A DNA stretch of 64,000 bases, taken from the IMG/VR virus record IMGVR_UViG_3300046028_007828, positions 1 through 64,000 of that record. One strand, 5' to 3'. The DNA is from a virus. Position 1 is the first letter of the stretch. Each line of letters opens with the position of its first letter. The translations under genes were made by a program, and so were the position numbers. This document shows, one piece after another, positions 20,751-29,129 of this stretch. The notes below the pieces were generated by a model. The model saw only the letters and a program-made list of their open reading frames with translations. It searched no databases and was not told where the DNA came from.

Positions 20751-21185
20751 TTATTCTTTCCACTCGCCAATTCGCTTCAATTCTTTCTCAATAAGAAACC
20801 AATCTCCGTTCGGTCCATCAAATCCGGCCTTATCATCCAAAATTACGTTGGCATAAAACTTTTTACTAAAGTCGCACAACGCATCATTTGCACATTCTGG
20901 ATTGCAATTTACATGTTTAAAATTTATATTATGTTTTTCAAGATTATCCAACACTTTACTGGCAGGACCAACATGACTACTTGTCCATAGAATCAGTGAT
21001 ATATCTTCACGCTTGCTCCACTGTTGTAAAACCTTGATACAGTTGGGCATATAACCAGCACCATCGTTATTCAAATTATATTTACCCTCTAAAATAACAT
21101 CATGTACATCAACAGCTATGAAGATTTTCTGCCAACGTCTTTTTGCTTTTTCTGTGAAAGTTCTTTCTATGTTAAATATGTTCAT
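20751..21185 (-). CDS. HAD-like phosphatase-fold protein
   Basis: IAVDVHDVI, LILWTS, VN.NPE and KFY.NVILDDKAGF; ATG at 21185. Confidence 0.6.
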   Translation of the reverse strand: MNIFNIERTFTEKAKRRWQKIFIAVDVHDVILEGKYNLNNDGAGYMPNCIKVLQQWSKREDISLILWTSSHVGPASKVLDNLEKHNINFKHVNCNPECANDALCDFSKKFYANVILDDKAGFDGPNGDWFLIEKELKRIGEWKE

Positions 21186-21207
21186 ATTAGACAGCGTATG
21201 AAACTGA

Positions 21208-22218
21208 TTACTGGACCTTTTCTCTCTCAAAGAAGTAGTTGCGAGCAATCTTTGCGATATGTCCGCTTATATCTTTCGCGTCAACCCCGGCTTCCTTGAT
21301 AGTGTGGGTTTCCTCTTTGGTTACATCGTCGGTGACAAGTTTGATGAAGTCCCCAACTTTGCTTCGGTCGATTTTTCCTCCGTTCATTAGATCACACGCC
21401 TTGTCTAACATTTGCGCTAGCCGCCACTCGGGAGTAACCTTGACTGCCAAAGTGGTGGCTTTATCAAGTTTCTCCAAATCAATCGGCTTTAGAGTAATAA
21501 CCTTCGATTTCGAGTGGAGTTCGCCTTTCACTTTGAAGTAAAATTCTGGCGATTCCCAGCCTTCGGAGACACACTTCCATACAATGCCTTCGCCGATACC
21601 GTCAACTCCCATAGCTTTTGCCACAGGGCAGGACTCCTCAACCTTAATGGTCAATTCGGAAAGTTTGTTCTGAGAAATTTCTGGCTTGTTGAAGTCGATT
21701 TCAATGGTTTCACACGGATAATCGTAAATGTTGTAAACACCAATGGTTTCGTCTTTTACCTTACTGATGGCTTCTTTTCCAAGCCACTTATCGTCAGCCA
21801 ACACTCCAAAAACAACAAATCGTTTGGATAGCTTTGCAATCCCAACGTTGGGTTGAATGTTTCCTCCGCACCACTCACCAAATACGGCATAGTCTTCGCT
21901 CGCGGGTTCGATTAAAGAAAACAACTTTCTGACAAATTTTCCCTCAAAGTGGCGAACAAACCCTGCATTATCTTTTTCAAGGGCAATGACATTTTCCCGG
22001 CTTTGGAACCAAACTTCTCCGGATAAAACATTTGTACAGATGGCTGCGTTAGTACCATGCAACTTAACCGTGCCTTCATAAGTCAGTACTGGTAAGACTT
22101 TAGTGTGATCGTACACGGGGTCACCATTAACATCAATACCGGCATGTCTGGCTTTGCAACCGACCTTGTGAATCGCGTTTCTAAACTGTTCGATAGAGGG
22201 ATATGGAATATGTTTCAT
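21208..22218 (-). CDS. ATP-dependent RNA ligase (Rnl2-like)
   Basis: Motif I VKLHGTN, QSR, FGEW, FVVFGV, GEGIVW, FKVK; ATG at 22218. Confidence 0.8.
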   Translation of the reverse strand: MKHIPYPSIEQFRNAIHKVGCKARHAGIDVNGDPVYDHTKVLPVLTYEGTVKLHGTNAAICTNVLSGEVWFQSRENVIALEKDNAGFVRHFEGKFVRKLFSLIEPASEDYAVFGEWCGGNIQPNVGIAKLSKRFVVFGVLADDKWLGKEAISKVKDETIGVYNIYDYPCETIEIDFNKPEISQNKLSELTIKVEESCPVAKAMGVDGIGEGIVWKCVSEGWESPEFYFKVKGELHSKSKVITLKPIDLEKLDKATTLAVKVTPEWRLAQMLDKACDLMNGGKIDRSKVGDFIKLVTDDVTKEETHTIKEAGVDAKDISGHIAKIARNYFFEREKVQ

Positions 22219-22228
22219 ATTAGGCACA

Positions 22229-22256
22229 ACTATACAGACTTTTTATCTCGTGTCAA
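22229..22256 (-). promoter_or_regulatory. Sigma70-type early promoter for the RNA ligase operon
   Basis: TTGACA-N16-TATAGT on the minus strand just before the ATG. Confidence 0.7.
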
Positions 22257-22259
22257 TAG

Positions 22260-22565
22260 TTATCGCGAATTAACTGGTATAATTTCCATCGGAAGCACAG
22301 ATTCAACTCGCGTTGGGTTATGTTTTTCGTCGATGTGGTTGACCACGATTTTCACTACAATTTTCACATTATCTACTTCCACCGTCGAGGTGAAGTTTTT
22401 GAATGGTACGGCTTTGATAAACTCGCCCATGAACAACTTTATACCAGCATCAATCTTTTCCGGTAACTCTAAATCCGGCACGGTGAACACACACTTGAAC
22501 GCAATAGATAAAACGTTTTGTTTAATTGCGTCTGATAATTGCTGTTCGGTGATTTGATTGCTCAT
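22260..22565 (-). CDS. Hypothetical protein
   Basis: 101 aa, preceded by TTGACG-N16-TACAAC (22572-22599, minus strand). Confidence 0.55.
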   Translation of the reverse strand: MSNQITEQQLSDAIKQNVLSIAFKCVFTVPDLELPEKIDAGIKLFMGEFIKAVPFKNFTSTVEVDNVKIVVKIVVNHIDEKHNPTRVESVLPMEIIPVNSR

Positions 22566-22595
22566 GGTATGGTTGTAATAGGTTTCTTGTCCGCG

Positions 22596-24152
22596 TCAAC
22601 ACTTTTTCCACACCCACTTCGAATGCCCACAATCCCAAATCCGGTCGAACCCGTTCATTTTCATATTTTCCCATTCCGACAAGGCGGGGTCAAACGAAAG
22701 GAGTTTGTTGGCAAGTTTGTGTTTCTGCCACCCCTGTCTCCCGGACAGGGTAGAATATCCATCCACTGTGTAATAATATCCGGGGGGAGTCGTAGAAACG
22801 AAATTGAATCCCAACTTTAAATACACTTCACCCGAGAAGTATCGCCGGTCTCCGTATGTAACAATCGAATTAGGGTTGTGTTTTTTTACAAAATGAGAAA
22901 ACAGGCGAGAGCTTCCACCTATGACGGTGTGACCCAACTTAGAACAAAATCTGCTCATTTCCCACTCAACTGCCGTATCGAATCTGGATTTTACAAATGT
23001 CATGACCGACATCAACTCTTTATTGAAATACATTCCAAGTTTTATTGTGGCATGGTCGTTTCCTTGGATGTGATTTCTTGCCAGAAATTCCTTTTTTTCT
23101 TGAGATGATATATCTCGTATTTCACATTTTCGTGCGTGAATTTTTATATTACCCTTTATCAATATATTTCTGAGCACGGACTTGACCACTTCCTGTGAAT
23201 GATTCCATTCGTTTTCAAATATATGTATTAAGCGTATTCCTTTGAATGCTGCCCCGTTGGTCTTGTTGAGATGGTAATTTCTATTTTTTCCACCGGATAT
23301 TTCAGTATGCCAGTAAAGTCCATTACATTCTATACCAATCTTTTGATTTGGTAAATATATATCTATTTCTCTGGGAAATAATGTGGTTCTATCGTTGGGT
23401 ATCACGGGGTCATCCGGGACCAGTGTCTTGATAAATTCAAATATACTCGACTGAAAGTCCGACATAGTTTTGTCGCACTTAGAACATTTTATAGTTGCTC
23501 CATTATTAAGACTGTGTGCTTCTTCTCTATTGCATCTATTACATTTAAATGAATATGTCATTGTGGAGGAAACAGTCTTTACTCCAAAATAATCTTCTAT
23601 GTTAAATAACGGAACAAAATGTTTGAACCGCTCGGACGACACAAACTTTTTGAACATCGTTATTTTATGTGCATCTTTAAATTCACTCGATTTTGACGCA
23701 TGTGCAACTCCATATTTTATAGCACATGTCTTTTTGTATTTTTCTTCGTACTCTTTGGATTTTCTGTAATTATCAACCCCATATTTTTCTATCATGGTGG
23801 ATTTCATTTGTGTCGGGTTATTGTAATTTTCGTCACCATAACGAGCGGCAAGGGTTTTTTTAACTTTTTCTACGTGGTCTGGCATCCCACCGGCCCATTC
23901 CACGCCGTGTGTTGCCATCATCGCGGCTTTGTAATTCTCCTTGACCGCGTCGGTTTTCATAGCATGTCCACCATATCTAGCGTCGAAAGTTTTAGCAACT
24001 CCGAGTTTATTTTTCTCTTTTACCTCCGGAGAGTTACATGCGCAGACGCGAGAACAATACATTTTCTCTTTCCGTTTTTCGCACGTAAATTCCGATTTGC
24101 AGGTCGGGCAAATCTTGTGCAATGTATTATTTGGGTTCTTTGGTCTGGCCAT
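22596..24152 (-). CDS. Homing-endonuclease-like protein (Cys motifs, KYG repeats, PD-(D/E)xK domain, conserved C-terminal domain)
   Basis: CPTC..YCS..C; repeated (K/R)YG; EIDIYLP..KIGIECNGLYWH; IRLIHIFENEW; C-terminal FL..NH.QG, WE.SRF, IWDCG..KW. ATG at 24152. Confidence 0.7.
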   Translation of the reverse strand: MARPKNPNNTLHKICPTCKSEFTCEKRKEKMYCSRVCACNSPEVKEKNKLGVAKTFDARYGGHAMKTDAVKENYKAAMMATHGVEWAGGMPDHVEKVKKTLAARYGDENYNNPTQMKSTMIEKYGVDNYRKSKEYEEKYKKTCAIKYGVAHASKSSEFKDAHKITMFKKFVSSERFKHFVPLFNIEDYFGVKTVSSTMTYSFKCNRCNREEAHSLNNGATIKCSKCDKTMSDFQSSIFEFIKTLVPDDPVIPNDRTTLFPREIDIYLPNQKIGIECNGLYWHTEISGGKNRNYHLNKTNGAAFKGIRLIHIFENEWNHSQEVVKSVLRNILIKGNIKIHARKCEIRDISSQEKKEFLARNHIQGNDHATIKLGMYFNKELMSVMTFVKSRFDTAVEWEMSRFCSKLGHTVIGGSSRLFSHFVKKHNPNSIVTYGDRRYFSGEVYLKLGFNFVSTTPPGYYYTVDGYSTLSGRQGWQKHKLANKLLSFDPALSEWENMKMNGFDRIWDCGHSKWVWKKC

Positions 24153-24286
24153 AAGGTTCGTAAGCAATAAAACAGTATATGTTTTTTTGATAATGTCAAC
24201 ATATTTTTTGTTTAATTATTATTTATAATACGATGCGATTACGCAGGCAGAAATGAATAACCAAACAATTAACCCTATATAACACC

Positions 24287-24781
24287 ATGGCAGAACTACT
24301 AGATGCAAATTCTATATTTTTTACAGCGTATGAACCAAAAGTTCAAAACCGCTTTATTATCGAGATAGACGGAATTCCCGCATATCTTATCAAAGCGGCG
24401 GCGCGTCCAACTATTGTAAACAACTCAATTACCCTAGACCACATCAACTTGAAGCGCAAGCTCAAGGGAAAAAGTGAATGGTCCGACGTTGAAGTGACAC
24501 TGTATGACGCTATTGTTCCGTCCGGCGCTCAAGCCTGTATGGAATGGGTGCGTCTTGCTCACGAATCCGTGACCGGTCGTAACGGCTATGCGGCATTCTA
24601 TAAAAAGGATGTCAATATCGTTGTATTGGGTCCGGTCGGCGATAAAATCGAAAATTGGCAATTGAAGGGCGCATTCCCATCAACAGTCAATTTCAATGGC
24701 ACGGGACTTGATTGGAGCGCACAAGAAGCTCTGACCATCAACATGACGCTCACTTACGACTACGCGATACTTCAATATTGA
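24287..24781 (+). CDS. Tail tube protein (T4 gp19-like)
   Basis: EPKVQNRF, KGKSEW, LYD.IVPSGAQA.MEWVR, FYKKD, GPVGD..E.W.LKGAFP, L.YDYAILQY. Confidence 0.9.
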   Translation: MAELLDANSIFFTAYEPKVQNRFIIEIDGIPAYLIKAAARPTIVNNSITLDHINLKRKLKGKSEWSDVEVTLYDAIVPSGAQACMEWVRLAHESVTGRNGYAAFYKKDVNIVVLGPVGDKIENWQLKGAFPSTVNFNGTGLDWSAQEALTINMTLTYDYAILQY

Positions 24782-24803
24782 TATAATAAGAAGAATAAGT
24801 TTC

Positions 24804-24832
24804 AAGTCCCCTATGAAAATAGGGGATTTTTT
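24804..24832 (+). terminator. Terminator after the tail tube gene
   Basis: TCCCCTAT-GAAA-ATAGGGGA followed by a T-run. Confidence 0.8.
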
Positions 24833-24833
24833 A

Positions 24834-24865
24834 TTGACATATACAAAATTATCCGCATACTTATA
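24834..24865 (+). promoter_or_regulatory. Promoter(s) for the release factor leader ORF
   Basis: TTGACA(24834)-N16-CATACT, overlapping a TACTTATA copy of the putative late motif (24858), about 10 nt before ATG 24872. Confidence 0.6.
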
Positions 24866-24871
24866 TTCGCT

Positions 24872-25613
24872 ATGAAGACACAAACAACATATTACTCGAA
24901 TAACTCGGGCAACCCATCGGGAGGCTCTGCTAGCTCTTGGGGGTCACTTTGACGCGAGAGGTGTGTTGGTTGAAGTAATTTCTGGCGAGGGCGGGGATGA
25001 TTCAAAATTATTCACCGAGCAACTGTTCATAGCTTATCTGGCGTTCATGGAAAAAAATGGACTGGAAGCTGAGTTGGAAGAAACCGGACCCAGCAAATTC
25101 AGTTTTGTGTGTTCGGATATGAAAGCTGAATCTTTGTTTGATTCCGAGACTGGGACGCATTGTGTACAACGCATTCCAAAGAACGACCGAGGTGGTAGGA
25201 AACATACATCTTACGTTGCCGTGACCGTAACGAGGTTACTGCAACAGAACAATGAAATGAAGGAATCTGATTTGGAAGAATCATTCCAACGAGGACATGG
25301 AAACGGTGGACAACACCAGAACAAAACGTCAAGTGCAGTGCGACTGAAACACATCCCAACTGGGTTGGAAGTTTTCATTAACGGACGAAGTCAGCAAGCC
25401 AATCGAAGAACTGCCAGACTGTGTTTGGCGGGTAAAATAAAGCAGTTTTCGTCCAAGTCGGGTAATTCTACTAATTATAGCGGCGCTGGTCGCGGAGATA
25501 AGGTCCGCACATACAACTATGCTGATAACCGAATTACTGACCACAGAAATGGAGCTAAGTGTCACATGATAGACAGTGTTATGAAAGAAGGAAGATTTGA
25601 ACTTTTACGCTAA
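24872..25613 (+). CDS. Class I peptide chain release factor, RF1-like, lacking domain 1; predicted to be made by +1 frameshift at 24947-24953 (about 246 aa)
   Basis: Leader MKTQTTYYSNNSGNPSGGSASSWGSL* (24872-24952). The +1 frame continues DARGVLVEVISGEGGDDSKLF...GTHCVQRIPKNDRGGRKHTS...GGQHQNKTSSAVRLKHIPTG...RSQ..N...VRTYNY..NRITDHR. Confidence 0.9.
24939..24953 (+). promoter_or_regulatory. prfB-type programmed +1 frameshift signal
   Basis: GGGGG TCA CTT TGA C: internal SD-like run, 3-nt spacer, then CTT-TGA-C in the leader frame; same layout as E. coli prfB AGGGGG TAT CTT TGA C. Confidence 0.85.
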
Positions 25614-25766
25614 TTCTTTCTTATATTCATTTTGGACTTGACGGAAGTATATAACACTGTGTACAATACTTGAGTTATAACGACAGCAACTAAATAAATT
25701 CAGTTAACTAGCATTAAAAATAAAATAAGTTATATTTATATATACTAAAAATAATAACAACTTAAA

Positions 25767-26015
25767 ATGAATAAATTTGAATTAAAATCTTTAATAAAAG
25801 AGGTTATAAAAGAAGTGAGGAATAAGTCAGAAACAAAACAAAAATTGAATAGAGTTGTTAGTTCATATATTACTTCTCCCGGAGAAAAAAATCCTTGCTT
25901 ATATATTAACATTCAGATTGAAGCAAAAGATATGGATTGTGCAGAAAAATGTAGAAAAGATATATTATCAGATTTAGAAAAAAATCACGACATAAAAATC
26001 CAAAAGGAAACTTAA
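25767..26015 (+). CDS. Hypothetical protein with K.ELK.LI.E N-terminus (possible head-internal protein)
   Basis: MNKFELKSLIKEVIKE; TATTTATA motif at 25733. Confidence 0.55.
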   Translation: MNKFELKSLIKEVIKEVRNKSETKQKLNRVVSSYITSPGEKNPCLYINIQIEAKDMDCAEKCRKDILSDLEKNHDIKIQKET

Positions 26016-26016
26016 T

Positions 26017-26280
26017 ATGAAACACGATGAATTAAAGAAATTTATACGGGAAACTATTAAAGACGCAATTGATGAATTTGCACCCCTCGGTGTTGCAGAA
26101 GAAGATATGTTACAGGAAAAATCTCCTCCGGGGTTTCCAGAGAAACTGCATGATAAATTACTGAGTCAATACGATGGAGATGAGGATAAAGCGTATGCCA
26201 CAATGTGGAAAATTTTTTATGCTAAGAAACGGGGTCATAAAAAGATGAATGAAATGTGGATGGCTTGGGAAAATAAATAA
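26017..26280 (+). CDS. Hypothetical protein with the same N-terminal motif
   Basis: MKHDELKKFIRETIKD; EKSPPGF...KAYATMWK. Confidence 0.55.
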   Translation: MKHDELKKFIRETIKDAIDEFAPLGVAEEDMLQEKSPPGFPEKLHDKLLSQYDGDEDKAYATMWKIFYAKKRGHKKMNEMWMAWENK

Positions 26281-26283
26281 AAA

Positions 26284-26607
26284 ATGTCATTCACAGATTA
26301 CAATATTGACGTTGTTCCAATCAGAATCGGCGGATTTATGATGGATAATTTAGGACCGGAAAAAATAAATTCAAGTGTTCCTACTTTTAATATCGGAGAC
26401 ACAGTTACATTCGTAGCCGAAGAAAAGAGGTATTGTTTAGATTATTTTGCAGTGTTTCCACCAAATAAAATTGTAAATCAATCAGATTGGTTTTTAACTA
26501 TGTTTGGATTTTATGCGTCATTTAACCCAAGAATTCAAGTCGAAATGAACACCGCTGCTGACCACACCGGTCAAAACTCGGGAGTAAGAGTAGTATACAG
26601 ACCATGA
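26284..26607 (+). CDS. Hypothetical protein
   Basis: 107 aa, tightly packed, ATGA overlap with the next gene. Confidence 0.5.
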   Translation: MSFTDYNIDVVPIRIGGFMMDNLGPEKINSSVPTFNIGDTVTFVAEEKRYCLDYFAVFPPNKIVNQSDWFLTMFGFYASFNPRIQVEMNTAADHTGQNSGVRVVYRP

Positions 26608-27245
26608 ATAAATCACAACTATCAGAAATTATAACCAATATTGTAAAACGTAAATTGGCGGAACACAAAATCGGGCTAAATGAGTTGGAGAACATGCTCA
26701 CACAGATGGGAGCGCCAACACAGGCACCGTCCCCGGAGGACAAAAAACTGCAAAAATCCCAGAGTGAATTGGTGAAAGCTCAAAAGGATAAAGAAAAAAA
26801 TTTAGCAAAGATTGCAAAGTTGGATGCCAGCACTTTAAGTGCAAAAACCCGGGCTCAACTTCACGTCAATAAGGCCGAGGAACGTATCGGAACCTCTCAA
26901 GATAAAGTCGCCAGAGACGCAGAGACCGCAGCGAGGAAAGCAAAAGCAACTGGGCAGATATCCGCCGCGCAATTACCATTACAAGAAACTGAGACACCGA
27001 GCAAAACTCATAAGTGGAAAGATGGAACCTCCATCCCAGTTAATTCCCAAGGCGCACCAATTGAACAAGGATGGCAATCTTTGGGATATGCCAACGGTTG
27101 GTCAAGTAGCCCGGAAGACAAACAAAAGTACGACCAAAATAAAAATAAAATGTGGTATACCGCAAGACTGAATACAGATGGAACTCAGGAGGCTATATAT
27201 TGCCCAGAAGCCAAATTATGGTATTTGGTTGACTCTGGCGGGTAA
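26604..27245 (+). CDS. Hypothetical protein with the shared N-terminal motif
   Basis: MNKSQLSEIITNIVK; ends YLVDSGG. Confidence 0.55.
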   Translation: MNKSQLSEIITNIVKRKLAEHKIGLNELENMLTQMGAPTQAPSPEDKKLQKSQSELVKAQKDKEKNLAKIAKLDASTLSAKTRAQLHVNKAEERIGTSQDKVARDAETAARKAKATGQISAAQLPLQETETPSKTHKWKDGTSIPVNSQGAPIEQGWQSLGYANGWSSSPEDKQKYDQNKNKMWYTARLNTDGTQEAIYCPEAKLWYLVDSGG

Positions 27246-27264
27246 TTTAATAACATAGAAACAT

Positions 27265-28191
27265 ATGAAAAAATCAGATCTTAAATTGTTGATTAAGAGT
27301 ATAGTGACAGAAATATATTCTTCTAAACGCGAAAGTTTAGAAGAGTCGGAAGCTCTATCTGGGTTTGAAGAAACTTCCGATAAGGCCGAAAATACGGAGA
27401 TGGTGGTTGATGATAAAAAATTGACTATTGTCACAGAACCAAAAGAAAAAGAAGAAGGTAAAAAACTCCCGGTAGTTAAGAAACCGGCGACTCCCAAGAT
27501 TGTAAAAGAAGATATTCTAGGCATGATTCGCGAAGCACTCGAACAACGACGAGTTGAAGAAATGGCAAAGCGTCCATCCAAATTTGATGCCGCAACTGGA
27601 ATCCTCGACGCTTCCGTAAGTCCGGACCGTCGTAAGTCCGACCCAACATCTCCCACAGGATATCGGCTAGTGGGAGCATTCGAATTAAAAGACCCAGTAA
27701 CAAAGAAAGTTACTCAGGTTGTACCGGATGGAACGCCAATCATGGCACCCTCTGCACAGACTCAAAAGAAATTGGGGACAGTCGCCCCAAAAACTCCGCC
27801 ATCAACTGTAGCGGGAAGCGGGTCGTCGATATTATCTCCACAGACCGTTGCCGCTCAGTCCTCGGCCGATTCGTCGGACGACGGCGAGGAGGAAGACCTA
27901 AATATGGGAGTTCCACCGGAAGGAAAACCAAACTCAAAGGTCAAAGTTACATTGGACGGAAAGTCTATCGGACAATTTAATTTTCGTTTGCCTTCTGGTA
28001 AGATTAGTAGTGATAATATGGAAACGAATCTTTACCGCACCGAACTTCCGGATTTGCCGCTCGATAAGTCTGTGGGTTCAATGTACGAGAATATGGAAAA
28101 TATGTTCTTCGATGACAAACTGCCAGCTAACGCTACATTGAATCTTTTCACCGCAAAGAATGCGACTGGTAAGACCATTATGGCTAAATAA
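27265..28191 (+). CDS. Charged hypothetical protein with the shared N-terminal motif
   Basis: MKKSDLKLLIKSIVTE; internal second copy KEDILGMIREALE. Confidence 0.55.
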   Translation: MKKSDLKLLIKSIVTEIYSSKRESLEESEALSGFEETSDKAENTEMVVDDKKLTIVTEPKEKEEGKKLPVVKKPATPKIVKEDILGMIREALEQRRVEEMAKRPSKFDAATGILDASVSPDRRKSDPTSPTGYRLVGAFELKDPVTKKVTQVVPDGTPIMAPSAQTQKKLGTVAPKTPPSTVAGSGSSILSPQTVAAQSSADSSDDGEEEDLNMGVPPEGKPNSKVKVTLDGKSIGQFNFRLPSGKISSDNMETNLYRTELPDLPLDKSVGSMYENMENMFFDDKLPANATLNLFTAKNATGKTIMAK

Positions 28192-28211
28192 TTTAGTTTT
28201 TATAACAAACG

Positions 28212-28243
28212 AAAAAGAGATTGCCAACAACAATCTCTTTTTT
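28212..28243 (+). terminator. Terminator (possibly bidirectional)
   Basis: AAAAAGAGATTG-CCAACAA-CAATCTCTTTTT. Confidence 0.7.
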
Positions 28244-28284
28244 TATGCTCAAATATATACGAAAACTTTTTGTAATCCATATAT

Positions 28285-29118
28285 ATGGATAACAAACATA
28301 TTATGGCAGACACAATTATTCCAATCTCGAAATCAACTCCGGTAGCACAAAAGTCTAATCAGCCAATTGAAACGGTAACTCTACCGTCAAAAGGATATTT
28401 CTATCCGGAGAGTCATCCACTGTCCAAGGGTACGGTTGATATTTATCAAGTTACCGCTCGACATGAAGATATTTTGAGCAACACCACCTTATTAAAGAAA
28501 GGCACTGTTCTTGACGAATTCTTGAAAGCTTTGATTGCTACCCCGAATGTATCCGTGGGCGATTTGTTAATAGGCGACCAAAATGCGCTGTATATTGCGG
28601 CGAGAAAAAGTGCATATGGAGAAATTTATAGCCCAAAGATTAAATGTCCCGCGTGCGAAGTAGAATCCACGGTGCGGTTCGATTTGAATACAATAGGAGT
28701 AAAGGAATTCAAGCTTGACGGAATAACCAAGGGAGAAAATCGTCTGACATTTACTCTACCAAAATCCGGACGAGTGATTGGATTTAGTTTAACTACCGTA
28801 AAGGACGATGCTGATATTTCAGCGGAAATTAAAGCTATTGTAAAATTTGGAAACGCCGCAACCATACCGGAAGTTACCACGAAATTAAAATACACCATCA
28901 AGACCATTGATGGCGAATCTAACAGAGTAAAAGTTAAAAACTTTGTTGATGACCAATTGACAGCGATTGACAGTCTGGCCTTGCGCAGATTTATCCGCGA
29001 AAGCACGCCGGATATAGACATGTCGTTTAATTTCGTTTGCCCCGAATGTGAACATTCGGAAAAACTATATATTCCATTGGGACCAAGTTTCTTCTGGCCG
29101 AGCACAGCAGAAAACTAA
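28285..29118 (+). CDS. Baseplate hub/tail assembly protein (T4 gp26-like), short paralogue
   Basis: VTLPSKGYFYP, TA.HEDIL, LLIGD.NA, AYG..Y, CPAC, DSLALR..I...TPDID, CPEC, FFWP. Confidence 0.75.
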   Translation: MDNKHIMADTIIPISKSTPVAQKSNQPIETVTLPSKGYFYPESHPLSKGTVDIYQVTARHEDILSNTTLLKKGTVLDEFLKALIATPNVSVGDLLIGDQNALYIAARKSAYGEIYSPKIKCPACEVESTVRFDLNTIGVKEFKLDGITKGENRLTFTLPKSGRVIGFSLTTVKDDADISAEIKAIVKFGNAATIPEVTTKLKYTIKTIDGESNRVKVKNFVDDQLTAIDSLALRRFIRESTPDIDMSFNFVCPECEHSEKLYIPLGPSFFWPSTAEN

Positions 29119-29129
29119 TAGAATGAGGC

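Noticed and set aside
24779-24872. Tail tube TGA is in frame with the release factor leader with no stop in between (possible readthrough fusion)
   Set aside because: A terminator and a promoter lie between them and the tube ends at a typical C-terminus; probably chance, though not excluded.
24963-25613. Release factor starting at GTG 24963 as in the ORF track
   Set aside because: Homology extends upstream to the Asp right after CTTT, and the nearby GAGG is too close to the GTG; the frameshift model fits better.
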